From contig NC_087436.1 in NCBI RefSeq assembly GCF_036321535.1, forward strand, positions 22,756,001 through 22,820,000: 64,000 nt of DNA, in the 5' to 3' direction. Shown piece by piece: positions 25,500 through 38,450 of this stretch; position 1 is the stretch's first letter; every line of letters begins with the position of its first letter. The position numbers were made by a program, and so were the translations under genes. This DNA comes from Camelus dromedarius (taxonomy: Eukaryota). The notes beneath the pieces are model-generated. The model searched no databases and was not told the origin of the DNA. It saw only the letters and a list, made by a program, of their open reading frames with translations.

Positions 25500-25719
25500 T
25501 TTCCGGGCACAATTTAAATTTCGTCTTTGATTTCATTGTTGACCCATGTTGTTTAGTCTCCATGCAATTGTTTTTTTCTCGTTTCTCTTTCTGTGGTTGA
25601 CTTCTAGTTTTATGCTGTTGTGGTCAGAAAAGATGCTTCAAATACTTTCTATCCTCTTAAACTTGTTGAGGCTTATTTTGTGTTGTAGTATGTGGTCTAT
25701 CCTAAAGAATGTTCCATGT
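25500..25719 (-). mobile_element. Isolated L1 ORF2 endonuclease-domain fragment
   Basis: Minus-strand translation HGTFFRIDHILQHKISLNKFKRIESI*SIFSDHNSIKLEVNHR contains the L1 EN RIDH and SDH motifs. Confidence 0.85.
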
Positions 25720-26147
25720 TCCCTGGCACAGCGTTAAAACCAGGTCACCTCTCCTAACCCTCATTCCCTCCAATGGGAGGAACTTTGCTCCTTCATTCAC
25801 ACTCCTTTTCCCAGCTCAAATTATCCAAGTCTGTTCCGTCAAGATCCTTCACAGCCCTCCCACCCTTTCCAAATAAGAGCCTAAAGTTTCTGACCCCAGG
25901 GAAATACCCTTATGTTGTTTATGTACATTTCTACCTCTTCATCAGGTTATAATGTTTTTAAAGAGCGAGCATCTTGCCTTTTCCATTTTGTATCTCCCAC
26001 AATGCCCCGAATTTAGAGATGCACAGTTGTCTACCTGGTAATGTTTGTTAATTGTGTTTAATTTGAAGTTATTAGTTTCTTAGGATATTAGGATTTATCC
26101 CTCTCATAATTCGTTGAAATGTTATAACTATTTTTCATTCTCTTAGT

Positions 26148-26741
26148 TGCTGGGCCCAGGGGTAAGGCCAGGTAAGCATCACGGGATTGGAGATCGACAG
26201 AGCATAGCCAATATCCAATTCATGAATCACTAGTTTATTGCACACGATTAGCATGCAGCAAAGTTAGTCAGAGTAGGGAAAATAGGAAAAGGGGTAACGA
26301 ACCACTCCAAGGAGAAGTCAGGGATGGAGACATATCAGCGTGAGCAGTGGACTCCAGTCGGCCACCGGGTCTCCCAACGCGTGTGAGTGGAAAGTCACCT
26401 TCTGCTCCAGCAAAGCGTGGGCAGCATCATCTGGAACATCTCTTAGCAGCACAGAGTCAGGTCCTCCAGCAAAGAGCCTTTAAGTACCTTGGCACTTTGC
26501 TCTCATTTTAAGCAGTCTGCCAGTTGAGTGTGCCACTTATGCCCCAGGAGGTCTTGTCTCGCTATCAGTTGCTTCTTCTGTTCCAGTGATGTCTTTCACA
26601 GATGTTGCCAATCAGGGTCCTTATCTAAGGAAACACTTAGTTTATCTGTCTAAGACACTTGCAGTCTATACCCAAGGTTTCAAAACAACTAATATGGAAG
26701 TTCACACTGGCCACTGTGACTCCATTTTGAACTGCTTAACA
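26148..26741 (-). mobile_element. Solo ERV LTR (ERV1-like)
   Basis: Minus-strand start TGTTAAGCAGTTCAAAATGGAGTCAC; polyA signal (tttatt ~26234); ~590 bp. Confidence 0.65.
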
Positions 26742-27859
26742 GAGCTATGAGTTTCATGCAAGATGAGTAGGAATCACAACACAAAAGAAATCACATCGTT
26801 AACACATTCCCATCAATGGTACCAAGGAAGCAGAAGAGACATTAATAACAAATTATCTACAAAGAACATTCATGGTCTACTCATGAAAGGAGATGCAATT
26901 TCTTTTTTGTCTGTGTACTCCAAGACTGGCAAGCTGTGTGCTAAAGTAGATAAAAACAGGGACTCTGAAATCAGAGACCCTTATGTGGAATTCTCAAAAT
27001 CACAATCACTAGCTCTGCTCCTTCAAATATACCATCCTCCTTTTTCTAATCTGTAAAAGGGAGACATGACTACATACATTTCATGGTTACTGTGAGGATA
27101 ACTGAAAAACAAAACAAATTATGTATAAAATACCCAGCATTAGTAGGGACCTATGAATTATTTCAAAGCTATTAATATTCACTCAACAAACGTCTAATTG
27201 AGAACCATCTGAAGTCTATGTACAAACTATTAATAAGGAAAGGATTCCCATCTGGATATTTATATTTGCCCCCAAGGACATAACAGTTGCGTAAAAACTG
27301 AGAGGTTAAATTTCTTTCAAATGAGAACTTTGGTTTCTTTAAAGCAAATTTATTTAGTAAAAACCATTAAATGATGAAATAATTGTAGAAAGATTTGTTC
27401 ATCCTGTTATTTTTGTTTGTATCCACACAGTGATAAATGAAACACTTATTCTATTTTGCACTGTATGTGTTTGTTTCCTTAGTTCCAATTTATATTAGGG
27501 TTCTTGTCACAGAAGCATTGCTCCAAGACTTTCAGAAAAAAATTTGCTCAGGACCACAGCTCTGCAAGGTTTAAGGCAGCCTCTGAGATAACCCTGGGCT
27601 ATGTTATTCACTAAATTCATCTTGATCTTAATAGCCTCTGACCTACACAGGCTGATAAAGTCCATGTAGATAGATGTCTAAGGCATGGAGTTACTAAATA
27701 CATTCATATTTTAAAAGTAGACAAAAATGAAGTGTACATTTCTACCAATTCTTAGTTAACTAAAGGAATTTAGGGTAAAGGAAAATATCCCAGTTCTTCC
27801 AATCCTGTCCACTTGGGCCAACAAATGGGTATTCTTAGGACTTGGCTCTTTAAAAACTT

Positions 27860-28060
27860 GTAGAATAGATAAACAATATTATACTGTATAGCACAGGGAA
27901 ATATACACAAGATCTTATGGTAGCTCACAGAGAAAGGAATGTGACAATGAATATATGTATGTTTCATGTATAATTGAAAAATTGTGCTCTACATTGGAAT
28001 TTGACACAAATGACTATAAATCAATAAAATGATTGTAAATCAATAAAAAAAGTTTAAAAA
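27860..28060 (+). mobile_element. Young camelid-type L1 3' end
   Basis: tagataaacaa...ctgtatagcacagggaaatatacacaagatcttatggtagctcacagaga...tgtgctctaca + A-rich tail. Confidence 0.85.
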
Positions 28061-28225
28061 AAGTATAGTTGATTTACAATGTTGTGTTGGTTTCATGTGT
28101 ACAGCAAAGGGATTCAGTTATACATTCTTTTTCAGATTCTTTTCCATTATAGTTTATTACATTGAATATAGTTCTCTGTGCTATACAGTATAACCTTATT
28201 GTTTATCTATTTTATTTATAGTTGT
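28061..28225 (-). mobile_element. L1 3' end, antisense, abutting the previous L1 tail-to-tail
   Basis: gtatagttgatttacaatgttgtgttggtttcatgtgtacagcaaag...ctgtgctatacagta. Confidence 0.8.
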
Positions 28226-29240
28226 TTGAGTATACACCTATTTTTAAATCTTAGTAAGATCGAAAATTAAGATTAAGAAGTTTAGAAAACCAAGACCGGA
28301 GTATTTCATTTTTTGTGTTAAGAAGGAATCTGTGCATATTTGGCAATACATGTGGTTATAATGATTACGAGAATTTGACCTATTTGAGTGACAACTTAAA
28401 ATCCACAACTGAATAATTTATGCTTTGGGATTTGAAGTCTACATATTACTGCATTACAGTATTGAGACATTTACAATAACTTGAGTTTCACCATATGTTT
28501 AAGTTTATTTCATTAGATATATAATTTTTTTAGTACTTGGGAATGTTTCTCCTCTAAAGCCAGGTAATTGAAGTAGTTCAAAATGAAATCAGATAGATTA
28601 AATTTGTAAATGCAGTTTAAAATATTTGAAGATATTTTATTAACTAAGCTTACAAACAGAAACAGATGTTTTTTTAAAAATCCCTTAAAAAGACTTAACA
28701 TTTACTATATTTATAAATATAATGTAGAGATTAATAATCTGTACTTTAGGAACAAAAGGCATTATGATAATTCAATATATTAAATATTACATTTTTAAAC
28801 CAGAAATTAACTCTATTTCTGTGCAAAAGACAAAAAAAGTATCAAAGTCACCAAAAACTCAGATGAGTGGATAACTCTATTTGAAAATCAAAGTAATATT
28901 TAGGGAAAACTCAGGCACAGAGGACTTCAGTTAATTCTAGTTTTAGTTGCTGATGGAAGCCACCTTTAATAAAATAGAGGCAAAGAAATAAAACATAGAT
29001 TTAACTATTATGGAAGGTATGATCCTACAATTATAAGTGTTAGGTGTCCTTATAAGCAAACTACTGAAATTACTTAAAGATACTGATTGCATTGTGGAGA
29101 TCACAAACATGCATTTATAAAACAAATTTTAAAATAGCTCTCCTAATGTTGTACAAATAATGTACAAAGATCCCTAATGGGGTAAGATTTCCAATGATAA
29201 TACCATACAAAATTCCAAAAGGGCTAACTCCTAAAAACTT

Positions 29241-29396
29241 TTTTTTTTATAGTATTGCTTACTTTATTCACATTGTTGTCCACCAGCTCTCTAGAACTTT
29301 TTCATCTTTTTTTTTTTAGTGGAGGTACTGAGGATTGAACCCAGGACCTCGTGCATGCTAAGAAGGCACTCCACCACTGAGCTACACCTTCCCCTC
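29241..29396 (-). mobile_element. tRNA-derived SINE (camelid Vic-1-like) with extra 3' segment and second A-tail
   Basis: Minus strand GGGGAAGGTGTAGCTCAGTGGTGGAGTGCC...GAGGTCCTGGGTTCAATCCTCAGTACCTCC + A11; TSD cctaaaaactt at 29230-29240 and 29397-29407. Confidence 0.9.
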
Positions 29397-30039
29397 CCTA
29401 AAAACTTAAATGGAAGTGAAGATGGGTATACTCAGGAAAACCATCTTCAGTGACTTGAGAATGGCTCCAGTGATGACAGAGACTGATGTCCAAAGCCACA
29501 AGTGAAGATTCTGCATGTATTTATTTCATGAAATGTGAGAATGGAAAAAGCAATATCCCTACATTAATATGTTATACAATATGTGCAATCAAATTAACAA
29601 GTATGCATATATTTAGCTAGTGTATCTAAATCCCCAAAAGTTCAGCTGTTAAAATAAAATTTTAAACACTTTTATTATGATCTTCTCACTGGGAAAACTG
29701 AAAAACACTTTGTGTTTGAAGTCACCTTATATTCAGAAGATAAAGCCTTGGGATTGGATAAGATTGTGTAGGTAGAATGTGTACAGTTATATGTTTAATT
29801 ACAACACAGATACAGTGTTTCAAGTGGAGAAGGGAGGCGAAGCCAGCAAAGGGGACTAAGAAGGAATGGCAATGAGGGAAGGGGAAAATTGGAAGGGTCT
29901 GAGTTCAAACTGTATCCCCCAGTTTAGAACAAGACAAAGCAATAAGCGGACTGCAACTCAAGGGGTAGACCCTGGACTTGACTCTTAGTTTGAAAAGGAA
30001 ACTATCTGGAGGACAATGCAAAAAAGAAATATTTATATC

Positions 30040-30163
30040 AGTTCACTGTGCTGTCCCATCCTGAGTTCCCTCAGGGCTTACCATCTATGTGGCTGCCATA
30101 TGATGGCTCGATGACTGCAAGATCCTTTGTTTACTGATGCGGCAGGTGACATTTGTCATTCAC
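30040..30163 (-). mobile_element. ERV1 LTR fragment
   Basis: ctgagttccctcagggcttaccat...gatcctttgtttactgatgcggcaggtgacatt...caca, resembling artiodactyl ERV1 LTR 5' ends. Confidence 0.55.
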
Positions 30164-30614
30164 AGAGGGAAAGAGAGCAGGCATCTGTGTAAAACACTGA
30201 GGAGAGGCTAAGACAACAGGGAGGTGATCATTGGGTGGAGCGCATGGAGATCCCTGGTACACTCCACGAAAGCGGTCTCCGAGAAGTGCATGGTGGGGTC
30301 GGGTGGAAGCAGATTGGCATTGAGAAGAATGGATGAGGGGGTGACATCATAGACCAAAATCCTCTTTTGAGTATTTGCCCTTTTCTACCAAAAGCTGCAT
30401 GTGTGGCTACAGCTCCACCAACCAACCACCACTTCCAGGTTCACCCGGAAGCCCTCCTTCTGGACCAGGGAGCCCCGTGGGGATGCAGTGCTTCCCCTTC
30501 TTGTGGGTGGCAGGCCGTTCTCACTCTCTGCCACAGTCGTGCTGGTTTTTCTGTTTCCCCAGATCAGTTAAGAACAGCACTCTGTTTAGTTATCCTTTAA
30601 AATAGTGTCTCTAA

Positions 30615-30697
30615 TATGCAAGACTGCAACATTATGCTGTACACCATATAGTTGTAACTGACTATACTTCAATTTTTAAGGAAAAAAATGAAAAATG
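30615..30697 (+). mobile_element. Very short L1 3' terminus
   Basis: acattatgctgtacacca...tgtaactgactatacttcaa + A-rich tail, flanked by repeated agtgtctcta. Confidence 0.7.
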
Positions 30698-31703
30698 AAA
30701 GTGTCTCTATGACGTGGTTTGGTAATACAGCAGTATCCTCAAAGAATGCTATCCCGTCTATTTCTAGGTTTAGCTCGTGGTTGAAATATAAATGAAGGTC
30801 ACAGCAGCCTCGCACTCTGGTATTAAAAGACGTTCAGTGCTGAGGGATCAAGAATTCTCTGAAGGCCAGCCAGAAGAAGAGCCTTTTTAGAATGAAAAGT
30901 GAGTAAGTGACAAATGCCAGGGGGAAGAAGTATCTGATTCTATCACTGAATGCCTTATTATTGGAGACATAGTGTTGAGTGTTACGCTGATGCATTTTTT
31001 TGAACTATATATGATTATATCCTTTCTTATTAATGGCTATCTTAGCCGCTAATACATTCTTCCTAATGGTGCTGGGCTTTCTGCCAAAGCAGAAGCTGGT
31101 GGACTAAGCTGTTTGATCTAAAAGCAGAATATTCTTACTTCTATTTTATTTCAACAAAAAATTAAAGCAGCATGAGGGGCCTCCTACTGAAAGTTAACCA
31201 CCGAGTCAGGGAAGATCATTTAGAATGAGAGTTGAGCTACCCTCGTTAGTCTGTGCAGACTCATGTGACGTGTTTTGATAAACTGTAGTCCTTCCTTGTG
31301 TTGTTCTCTGTCGTGATCTTTTGGTCTATTTTGGCTCCTCTTCCCCACCCATGTCCACATCCTACTTTCAGGAAAGAGAGACACACAGTGGGCATTTCAG
31401 GCTAGTAGCACCTAGGGAAGGGTTTTTTGTGGGGCTCAGCCCAAGTCACTCGGGTTCTGCAGACGGATTAAAGCAAAATCCCCACCTGATGACAAAGTAT
31501 GACTTTGCCTTTTTCTCCGTATTTTTACTTTGTCCTATGAGGGGTAGCTATCCTAGGGCTGAAATCTGGTATTCTTTGGTTATTTGACCAAGTAATGTCA
31601 TTTGCTAACAAGTTATGTCTTCTTGTCCCAATAAGAGCATAAATTGTTTTTTAATCCAGGAATCACTTTTAAGTTTCTGTGTATCATCCACAGAACTTGA
31701 TTC

Positions 31704-32250
31704 TGTTAGGTAGTTAGATAAACAGGGGTATCGGGCATCAGATAGGTGGAGGAGAGGGAGGATGGTCCGGAAAATGCCCGCCCCCAGCGTAAAGGGACTT
31801 AATTTCTACAGGAGTGCCAGCAAGAAACCGGTTAAAACCCGACAGCCAGGACTAAGTGGTAGCAGAACAGACTTAATGGGACACAGCCCAGTGCTCATTG
31901 TATTATAATTAACATTGCGATTTAGGCTCTCCTCCCCACCACAGGCGGTTTTCTGTGTTTGCCCTGGGTAAGGGCACGCGCAAACGGGACAAACAGGACT
32001 AAGCACTCCAGGGGTAAGAGCTGTCAATCAGGCAAGAGACCACCTCTAAGCGAGGGTGTGAGAAAGGGGAGATGAAAACTGCTGCTTGTCCTCCCTTAGA
32101 TCAGCCTGCCTCCCGTTCTTGGGGGTGTACTTTTTCTTTCTTATTAAATAAATCTTTTAAAATCTTTCGCTATACAACACACTGTCTCCCAGCTGCAAAC
32201 CTGCCTTTCAGGTATGACAAGAACCAAGGTCTTTACCTTTTGGGGTAACA
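31704..32250 (+). mobile_element. Well-preserved solo ERV1 LTR (547 bp)
   Basis: Termini TGTTA...TAACA, 4-bp TSD attc/atcc, overlapping ATTAAA/AATAAA at ~32142-32152, GC box cccgccccc. Confidence 0.85.
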
Positions 32251-33984
32251 ATCCTGTTGGCTATGTCATGAATCTTTCATTGAACATTAGCTATTGCCAT
32301 ACAGAATGGCCTCAAGGAATATTTGAATGGAATTGTTACCTTTGAGCATTTTTATTTTTTAAAATCTCTAAGGGAAAAATCTAAAGAAATCCAACACCTC
32401 TTACTATTACTCCCAAACTAGATGAAGAATAAGATTTTAATAAGCAATATTTTGGGAATGCAAACTTGGTGGAGTAGACACTTAGGAGGTTAAGCAAAAA
32501 AGACTCGCCCCCTACCCCCAAGAGCTTTATATCTCTAAAACACATGGACAAGCACGCATAAAACAAAAAGGGAATTTCAAAGAAGAAGGACATTTTGTCA
32601 AGTTGAAAGATAAAGAAGATCAAACGTTTTCTTTAGACTCAAGTTCAAAGCTGAGTTGAGAGACCTGGGTGGCATTCCAGACTGAAATTCAGAGAAAAAA
32701 TATTTTCTTTAAACTTTCCTTTTATCCAACAAAAAGAGTCTCCAGCTAAATAAAGCTTCAGTGACACCACTTTTTCTCATGATTGTCTGGTAGCATTAAG
32801 CACATTTCTATTTTATAATAGAGATGTCATCAGCAAAGATGATTTGATGAGCTCATCAGGTATATTACACACTCATGGGCTTAGACAGTAGTTGGCACCA
32901 GAAACTTAAAGGTCAAAACTATACAGACTACGGAAACCTTACTGTCATTATGTTTAAATTTTAAACACTACTGTTTTTTTTTTTTTTTCTTTTGGAAGCT
33001 AAGAAAAACTTGATATCCAAGATTAGATTCAAGTAAATGAAGTACCCTTTATACTAAACTTACAGAGATGTTACACAGGTAACATGTAAATCTTAAACTT
33101 TAAAATAGCAGTGTGTGTGTGTAAGTGTGTGTGAGCACACACATGTATGTGAGCCCTGAATATTTATAATTGTGGTTCTACTACACGGTAGTCATTTCCT
33201 GGCATTAACTATGTAAAAAAATAGATTTTGCTTCAGTGACGTGAGCTATTTAGAGAGTCCGTTGCTATTTTTACTCTGCCTTTTACACCAGTGTTTAGCT
33301 CATAGATTTTGCACAACAGCAGCTATGCCCTTGTAACTGATACATCCCAGGGAGTCCACAACTGCATTCTCAGGGCTGTGCAAGGTCTCAGATATGAAAA
33401 ACAGTCACAGAGCATTTCTTCTCTCTGTACCTTTTCTCATGTTAACTCAAGTGTGGAATTTTAGACCTGCATCTCGCCCAGGGAAGTTGTACAGAAATCT
33501 TACTTCTCCAATGAGTTTGTTTTGACAGTGCATTAACGACTTGGTCCTCATTGGTCTACAAAAAGCTCATAGGCAGTACTGAATAAAGAACTCCAGAGAC
33601 CAAATATAACCACCACGATGGCTGCTAATATCAATAAGTTAGCATCTTTGGTTTTCATTGCAGCCTGATGACCATATCGCAAAGGGTATAGTTTCATGTA
33701 TCGGCTTTATATTTCTTCATTACTGTAAACACCATCAGACAACGTGCTGATTGTTGTACAAGACACTTTTTCCCACCCTCTGCTTTCTCTTTTTGAGGAC
33801 TTGCTCAAGCTATAAATTTCTACACCTAACTTATGATTTAGCTAATAATCACTTCACAGTAAACTCTGGGAGCCTTTAAATTTTGTTTGGAAATACTATT
33901 CTATGTGATAACGTTTGATTCTATAGTTATGTGAAACAGGCCAAGGTGTTGACACTTTCATCTAAGGTGTTGGAAATAACTAAG

Positions 33985-34482
33985 TCTGTTAGTTTCCTAT
34001 TGTCCTGTAACAAATTACCACAAATTTAGTGGTTTGAAACGATGCAAATTTATTACCTTGCAGACCTACAGGTTAGGAGTGTGACACAGGTCTCACTGGA
34101 CTAAACTGAAGGTGTTGGTGAGGCTGTGTTCCTTTCTGACGGCTCCAGGGGAGAACCCGCTTCCCTGCCTTTTCCGTTGTCTAGAGGCTTCTCATATTCT
34201 TGGTTTGCAGTCTCCTTGATACTCAAAGCCAGCAAGGGAGACCTGAGTTTTTTTCACATCTTGTCACTGTGACCTTTTCTTCCCCTCCCTCCTCCTCAAG
34301 TTGAAGAACCCAGTTTACATTGGTCCCAACCAAACAACACAAAATAATCTCCCTGTTTTAAGATCAGCAGCTTAGCAAATTTAACAGTGTTACTTTAATT
34401 TCAAAATGTAATGTAACATACTCACAGTTTCCTGGGATTAAGATGTGGGCATCTTTGGGAAGCCATTATTCTGCCTACCACA
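33985..34482 (-). mobile_element. MLT1D-like MaLR LTR
   Basis: gttagtttcctattg...gtaacaaattaccacaaatttagtgg...ccattattctgcctaccaca; TSD ctaag on both sides. Confidence 0.88.
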
Positions 34483-34949
34483 CTAAGATAGATTTTTAAT
34501 GCTGCCAAAAATCTGAAACTATGCATGAGTCAGGATCCCATGATCCTATCTATTTAAGCCTCAAGCACATATGATTAAGTTAGCAAACCATACTCTGTAT
34601 GATAATATGCATTTCCTGTTAAACTATAGCCACAACTATATATAAAAAAAAAAAAGCACAGTATCAAAGTAGTTTGGATAAACTTAGTCAGTGATCTACA
34701 GAAGACTCCTTAATAGGGAGAGAAATTAAAATAGATGACACTTAACAGTTCTTTCTAACTTTGTAAATCTGCTCCAGGCCTGCAAAGTGTGGCTCCTTTA
34801 TTATCCCTGCCTCAGTCACCATGGAGACACAGATGCCTAACATTTTAGGGTGTAGAAGTTAATAGCAAAATGCTCCCCAAGAGGTCCATCCAGACTACAG
34901 GACCCTCACCCAGGTAGCCTTAGGAATTTTCTTCTCTGATGTAACTTTT

Positions 34950-35544
34950 TTTAAAATTGAAGTATAGTCAATTTACAATGTTGTTAGTTTCAGGTATATA
35001 GCATAGTGATTCACTTATATATATATATATTCCTTTTCATATTCTTTTTCATTATAGGTTATAGTAAGATATTAAATATGGTTCCCTGTGCTATATAGTA
35101 GGACCTTGTTGTTTATCTGTTTTATATATAGTAGTGTGTATCTACAAATCCTGAACTCCAAATTTATCCCTTCCTGCCCTCTTTCCCCCAGCAACCATAA
35201 GTTTTCTGTCTGTGAGTCTGTTTCCATTTTGTAAATAAGTTCATTTGTGTCATTTTTTTAGATTCCATATATAAGTGGTATCTCATGGTATTTGTCTGTC
35301 TGACATCTCACTTGGTATGATAATCTCTAGATCCATCCATGTTGCTGCAAATGGCATTACTGTATTCTTTTTTATGGCTGAGTAATATTCCATTATCAAT
35401 CTACCTACCTACCTACCTACCTCACGAATCCTTTATCCAATTATCTGTTGATGGACATTTAGGTTGACTCCATGCCTTGACTATTGTAAAAAGTGCTGCT
35501 ATGAACATTGGGGTGCATGTATCTTTTCAAATTATAGTTCCAAA
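34950..35544 (-). mobile_element. L1 3' end, antisense
   Basis: Canonical L1 3'UTR (ccatccatgttgctgcaaatggca...tgctgctatgaacattggggtgcatgtatc); TSD atgtaactttt at 34939-34949 and 35545-35555. Confidence 0.92.
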
Positions 35545-35904
35545 ATGTAACTTTTAAAACCTTTTTAAAAATAATGATGACTGGTTGTCATTTCTCCTGA
35601 CAAGTAAAAACACGTACTTACGTTAACTTTTAAACATATAACGCCTAAATGTAAAGTTGGTAGTAATAATTATTATTCTTTTACTGATGGAAAAGCACTG
35701 ACGGTTTTTTTTTAAGCAAGATTACTAATACAACTAAGTTAACAGAGTTAGGACAGATATGCATAGTACTGCAAGGAGATTTTTTCATTCCTTTGTTCTT
35801 TGGTGGATTAAAAATACTGACAGATTCCTTATAAATGTGGATGTAAAATATGTCTGAGTCAGTTCTGAGGAACTGGTTTCTATGTAATAAAATACATGTA
35901 GATT

Positions 35905-36180
35905 ATGACTGCACTTCAGTCAGATTGGAGAAACAGGGACCAGATTTACTCTCCCACCTGGAAAATAAGAGACAGGTATATGAAATGAGTTTTCAAGACA
36001 CAGGACATCACATAATGAAGGAGACAGTGATCCCTAAGAGATGTGAAACTAACAAGATGAGCCTTACAGTTGCCCCAACTATCTGTAAGAGATTTTACAA
36101 GTCACAGCTCAGGAAAGGGGGACCCTAGTGGAGCCCAGCAGATGTCCCAAATGGAGAAAGAACTGAGAGTCTGAATAGGT
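35905..36180 (+). mobile_element. Old L1 (L1M) 5' region fragment
   Basis: acagggaccagatttactctcccacctg...ttttcaagaca...ggacatca...acagtgatccctaagagatg. Confidence 0.55.
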
Positions 36181-36609
36181 TTGCAGCTAAGCCTCTCAGT
36201 GTAGATTTGGGAAAATTAGCAAATTGCACTTAGCACATTCTTTTGTCTTCCTACAGAGATTCTTTTTCAGAAACCCTCTGGCCTTTATGTATGTTGTGTT
36301 TTAACTGATTCTTTATTAAGAATGTTTCAATGTCTAACTTATCTTTGTATTATCTATGTCTGATGGATAAACACAAAATATGATTAGACATATTAAGTTG
36401 CATCCTTTGAATTGTTCCCATCAGTCAAATAAGTAGTGCTATAAGGTCTATTCACTTTCTGAAATGGGCTAATACATTCTGCATGAGCATAAGTTTGAGG
36501 TAGGTGACTTATAAAGGTCAGCCTCACATACATCATTGCATTCTATCGAAGAGCTTGCCAATCCAGGAGCAAAATGCAAAGGAGGGAAATATATTTAACC
36601 AATGTGGTT

Positions 36610-38450
36610 AAGTGTCAGCTACTAGATTTTGTACAGGGATATTACCTTAATAGCTACTTGTCATGGTTGAGCCACATTGAGCCACAATAGCCAAGCCAGT
36701 TGCTCCGTCACCAGATGCATGCCGTGCCTTGGGAAGGGCTTGATCCAGACAAGGCAGCTCTGCAGCTGAGGCAGACCCGGAAGCAGGCTGACAGCTACTA
36801 CCTCTGCTAGTCTGGGTGGTGTACCTCATGGCATGGCCCAGTCAGCACCCCCAGGGATGAAGTCACCATGCCCTTCACAGGCTGGCGTGTTTGGTCACAT
36901 CCACTTACTATCACAAGTGGGCAAAGGAGCACCTAGAAAATTCAAGTGAGTCACCTGGATTCCACTCAAATTTCTGTCACCATCATATAAAAGCAGCCAT
37001 TCTTCTTCCTGATGAAGAGAGTTGCTTCTCTCTGCCAAGTCAGTGATTTCTCTTGCCTGTTGGGTCCCTGGGCATAAAAAGCCAAGTTGGCAGACACAGT
37101 TTATAATTCAATGGAGTGTTTATACTGGGTACCCTGAAGAAAGGTGCCCCCTTGGAGGACACAGAATTGTAACCATCTGAGCCCAGAGTCACAGAGATGG
37201 GAAACAAAATGTTCCCCAGTCAATCTGGGAGTGATGGCAACTCCCGCTGCCACTCTTATTTCCCGTGGCATTTGCCTAGGGCCGTCATAACAAATCACCA
37301 CAAACCTGGTGCCTTAAAACAACAGAAATGTACTCTGTCACAGTTCAGGAGGCGAGCAGCCTGAAATCAAGGTGTTGGCAGGATGTGTTCCTTCTGGAGG
37401 CTCGCAGGGAGAATCTGTTCCAAGTTTCTCTCCCAGCTTTTTCCATGTTTCTAGAAGCCATCCTGGTAGAGTTCACAACATCGTGCAGGATCCTAGCTGG
37501 GCTGTTAAATTCTATTAAGACAGTTCTTACCCTTCAACCCAAGGACCCAATGTGGGTGCTGTCATCAGACTCTCCCCAACTTTATGTTCTGTCCCTCCAA
37601 ATCAGCCCCCCCGAGATTCCAGTCTCAGGCATACCCCTCAAGCTCCTCCCAATACATACAGGCCAATTCTAGCAGCTCCTTTGGGGTACAGTCTATTTCC
37701 TGTCTCATCAGCCACGCATCTCTCTGGCTAAGTTTTGCTTAACCCCAATTACAGTTGTGCAACTCTAATTCTAGGTCTAGTGGTATGGAGGCAGAGCAAG
37801 TCCTGAAGGGGGCACATGTCACCTGCAGAAAGGGACCTCTGCGTTGTCATCCAGCTTAGGCGTGGATGAGGGGTGCTTCACCTAAACAGAAAGAAGTGGG
37901 CTGAGACTGCAGGCTCAGAAAGTTCAGGAGTCTGGGGAGGAAAAATCTTTGGCAGCATCCGCTGAGATGTCTCCATCTCACTTGTCAGGGACCCGGATTT
38001 TCCCAAACAGTGCCTTGACCTTTGATTAACAGACCTGCCTTGATTGGCAACTGTCTTTGAAGGTTATCCACTCAGACTATTAAGTCCTGGGCCTGGTCCT
38101 TCATTTTCTCGGCTCTCCTGCCACAAGAGATGAAGGCTTTTCCAAACGCATCTAGAGGCCTCTGGCTTCCACACCTGGCTTCCTAATGCCTGTTACTGCC
38201 CTCACCTGTTCATTATGTTTCTATGGAATAATGATGGCTAAGCAACAGCCATCCAACCCTGTTACCCTCCCGGCTACAGTCCTCCCCATACTTCTCAAAT
38301 GCCAGCCGGTCTGATGATGCCTTCCTTTCTAACAAACCATCAATTCACTGTCAGTGTAAAGTGTGGCCACTAGAACCTGTGCCAGCAACGCTCTCCACCC
38401 CCAGGAATGACAGGCCCGGCTGCATCACTCTGTGTCTGCCACGCTAGTCA
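36610..38450 (-). mobile_element. Decayed ERVL/MaLR internal region with LTR piece, containing a nested MLT1 fragment (~37265-37445)
   Basis: ERVL-type motifs (ggcataaaaagccaagttggcag...ttataattcaatgg; ttaagtcctgggcctggtc); MLT1 motif taacaaatcaccacaaacctggtgccttaaaacaacagaaatg. Confidence 0.55.

Noticed and set aside
29318..29396. tRNA gene (also 63671-63750)
   Set aside because: tRNA-like A/B boxes, but the acceptor stem is degenerate and there are A-tails (and a TSD at 29.3 kb); these are SINE copies
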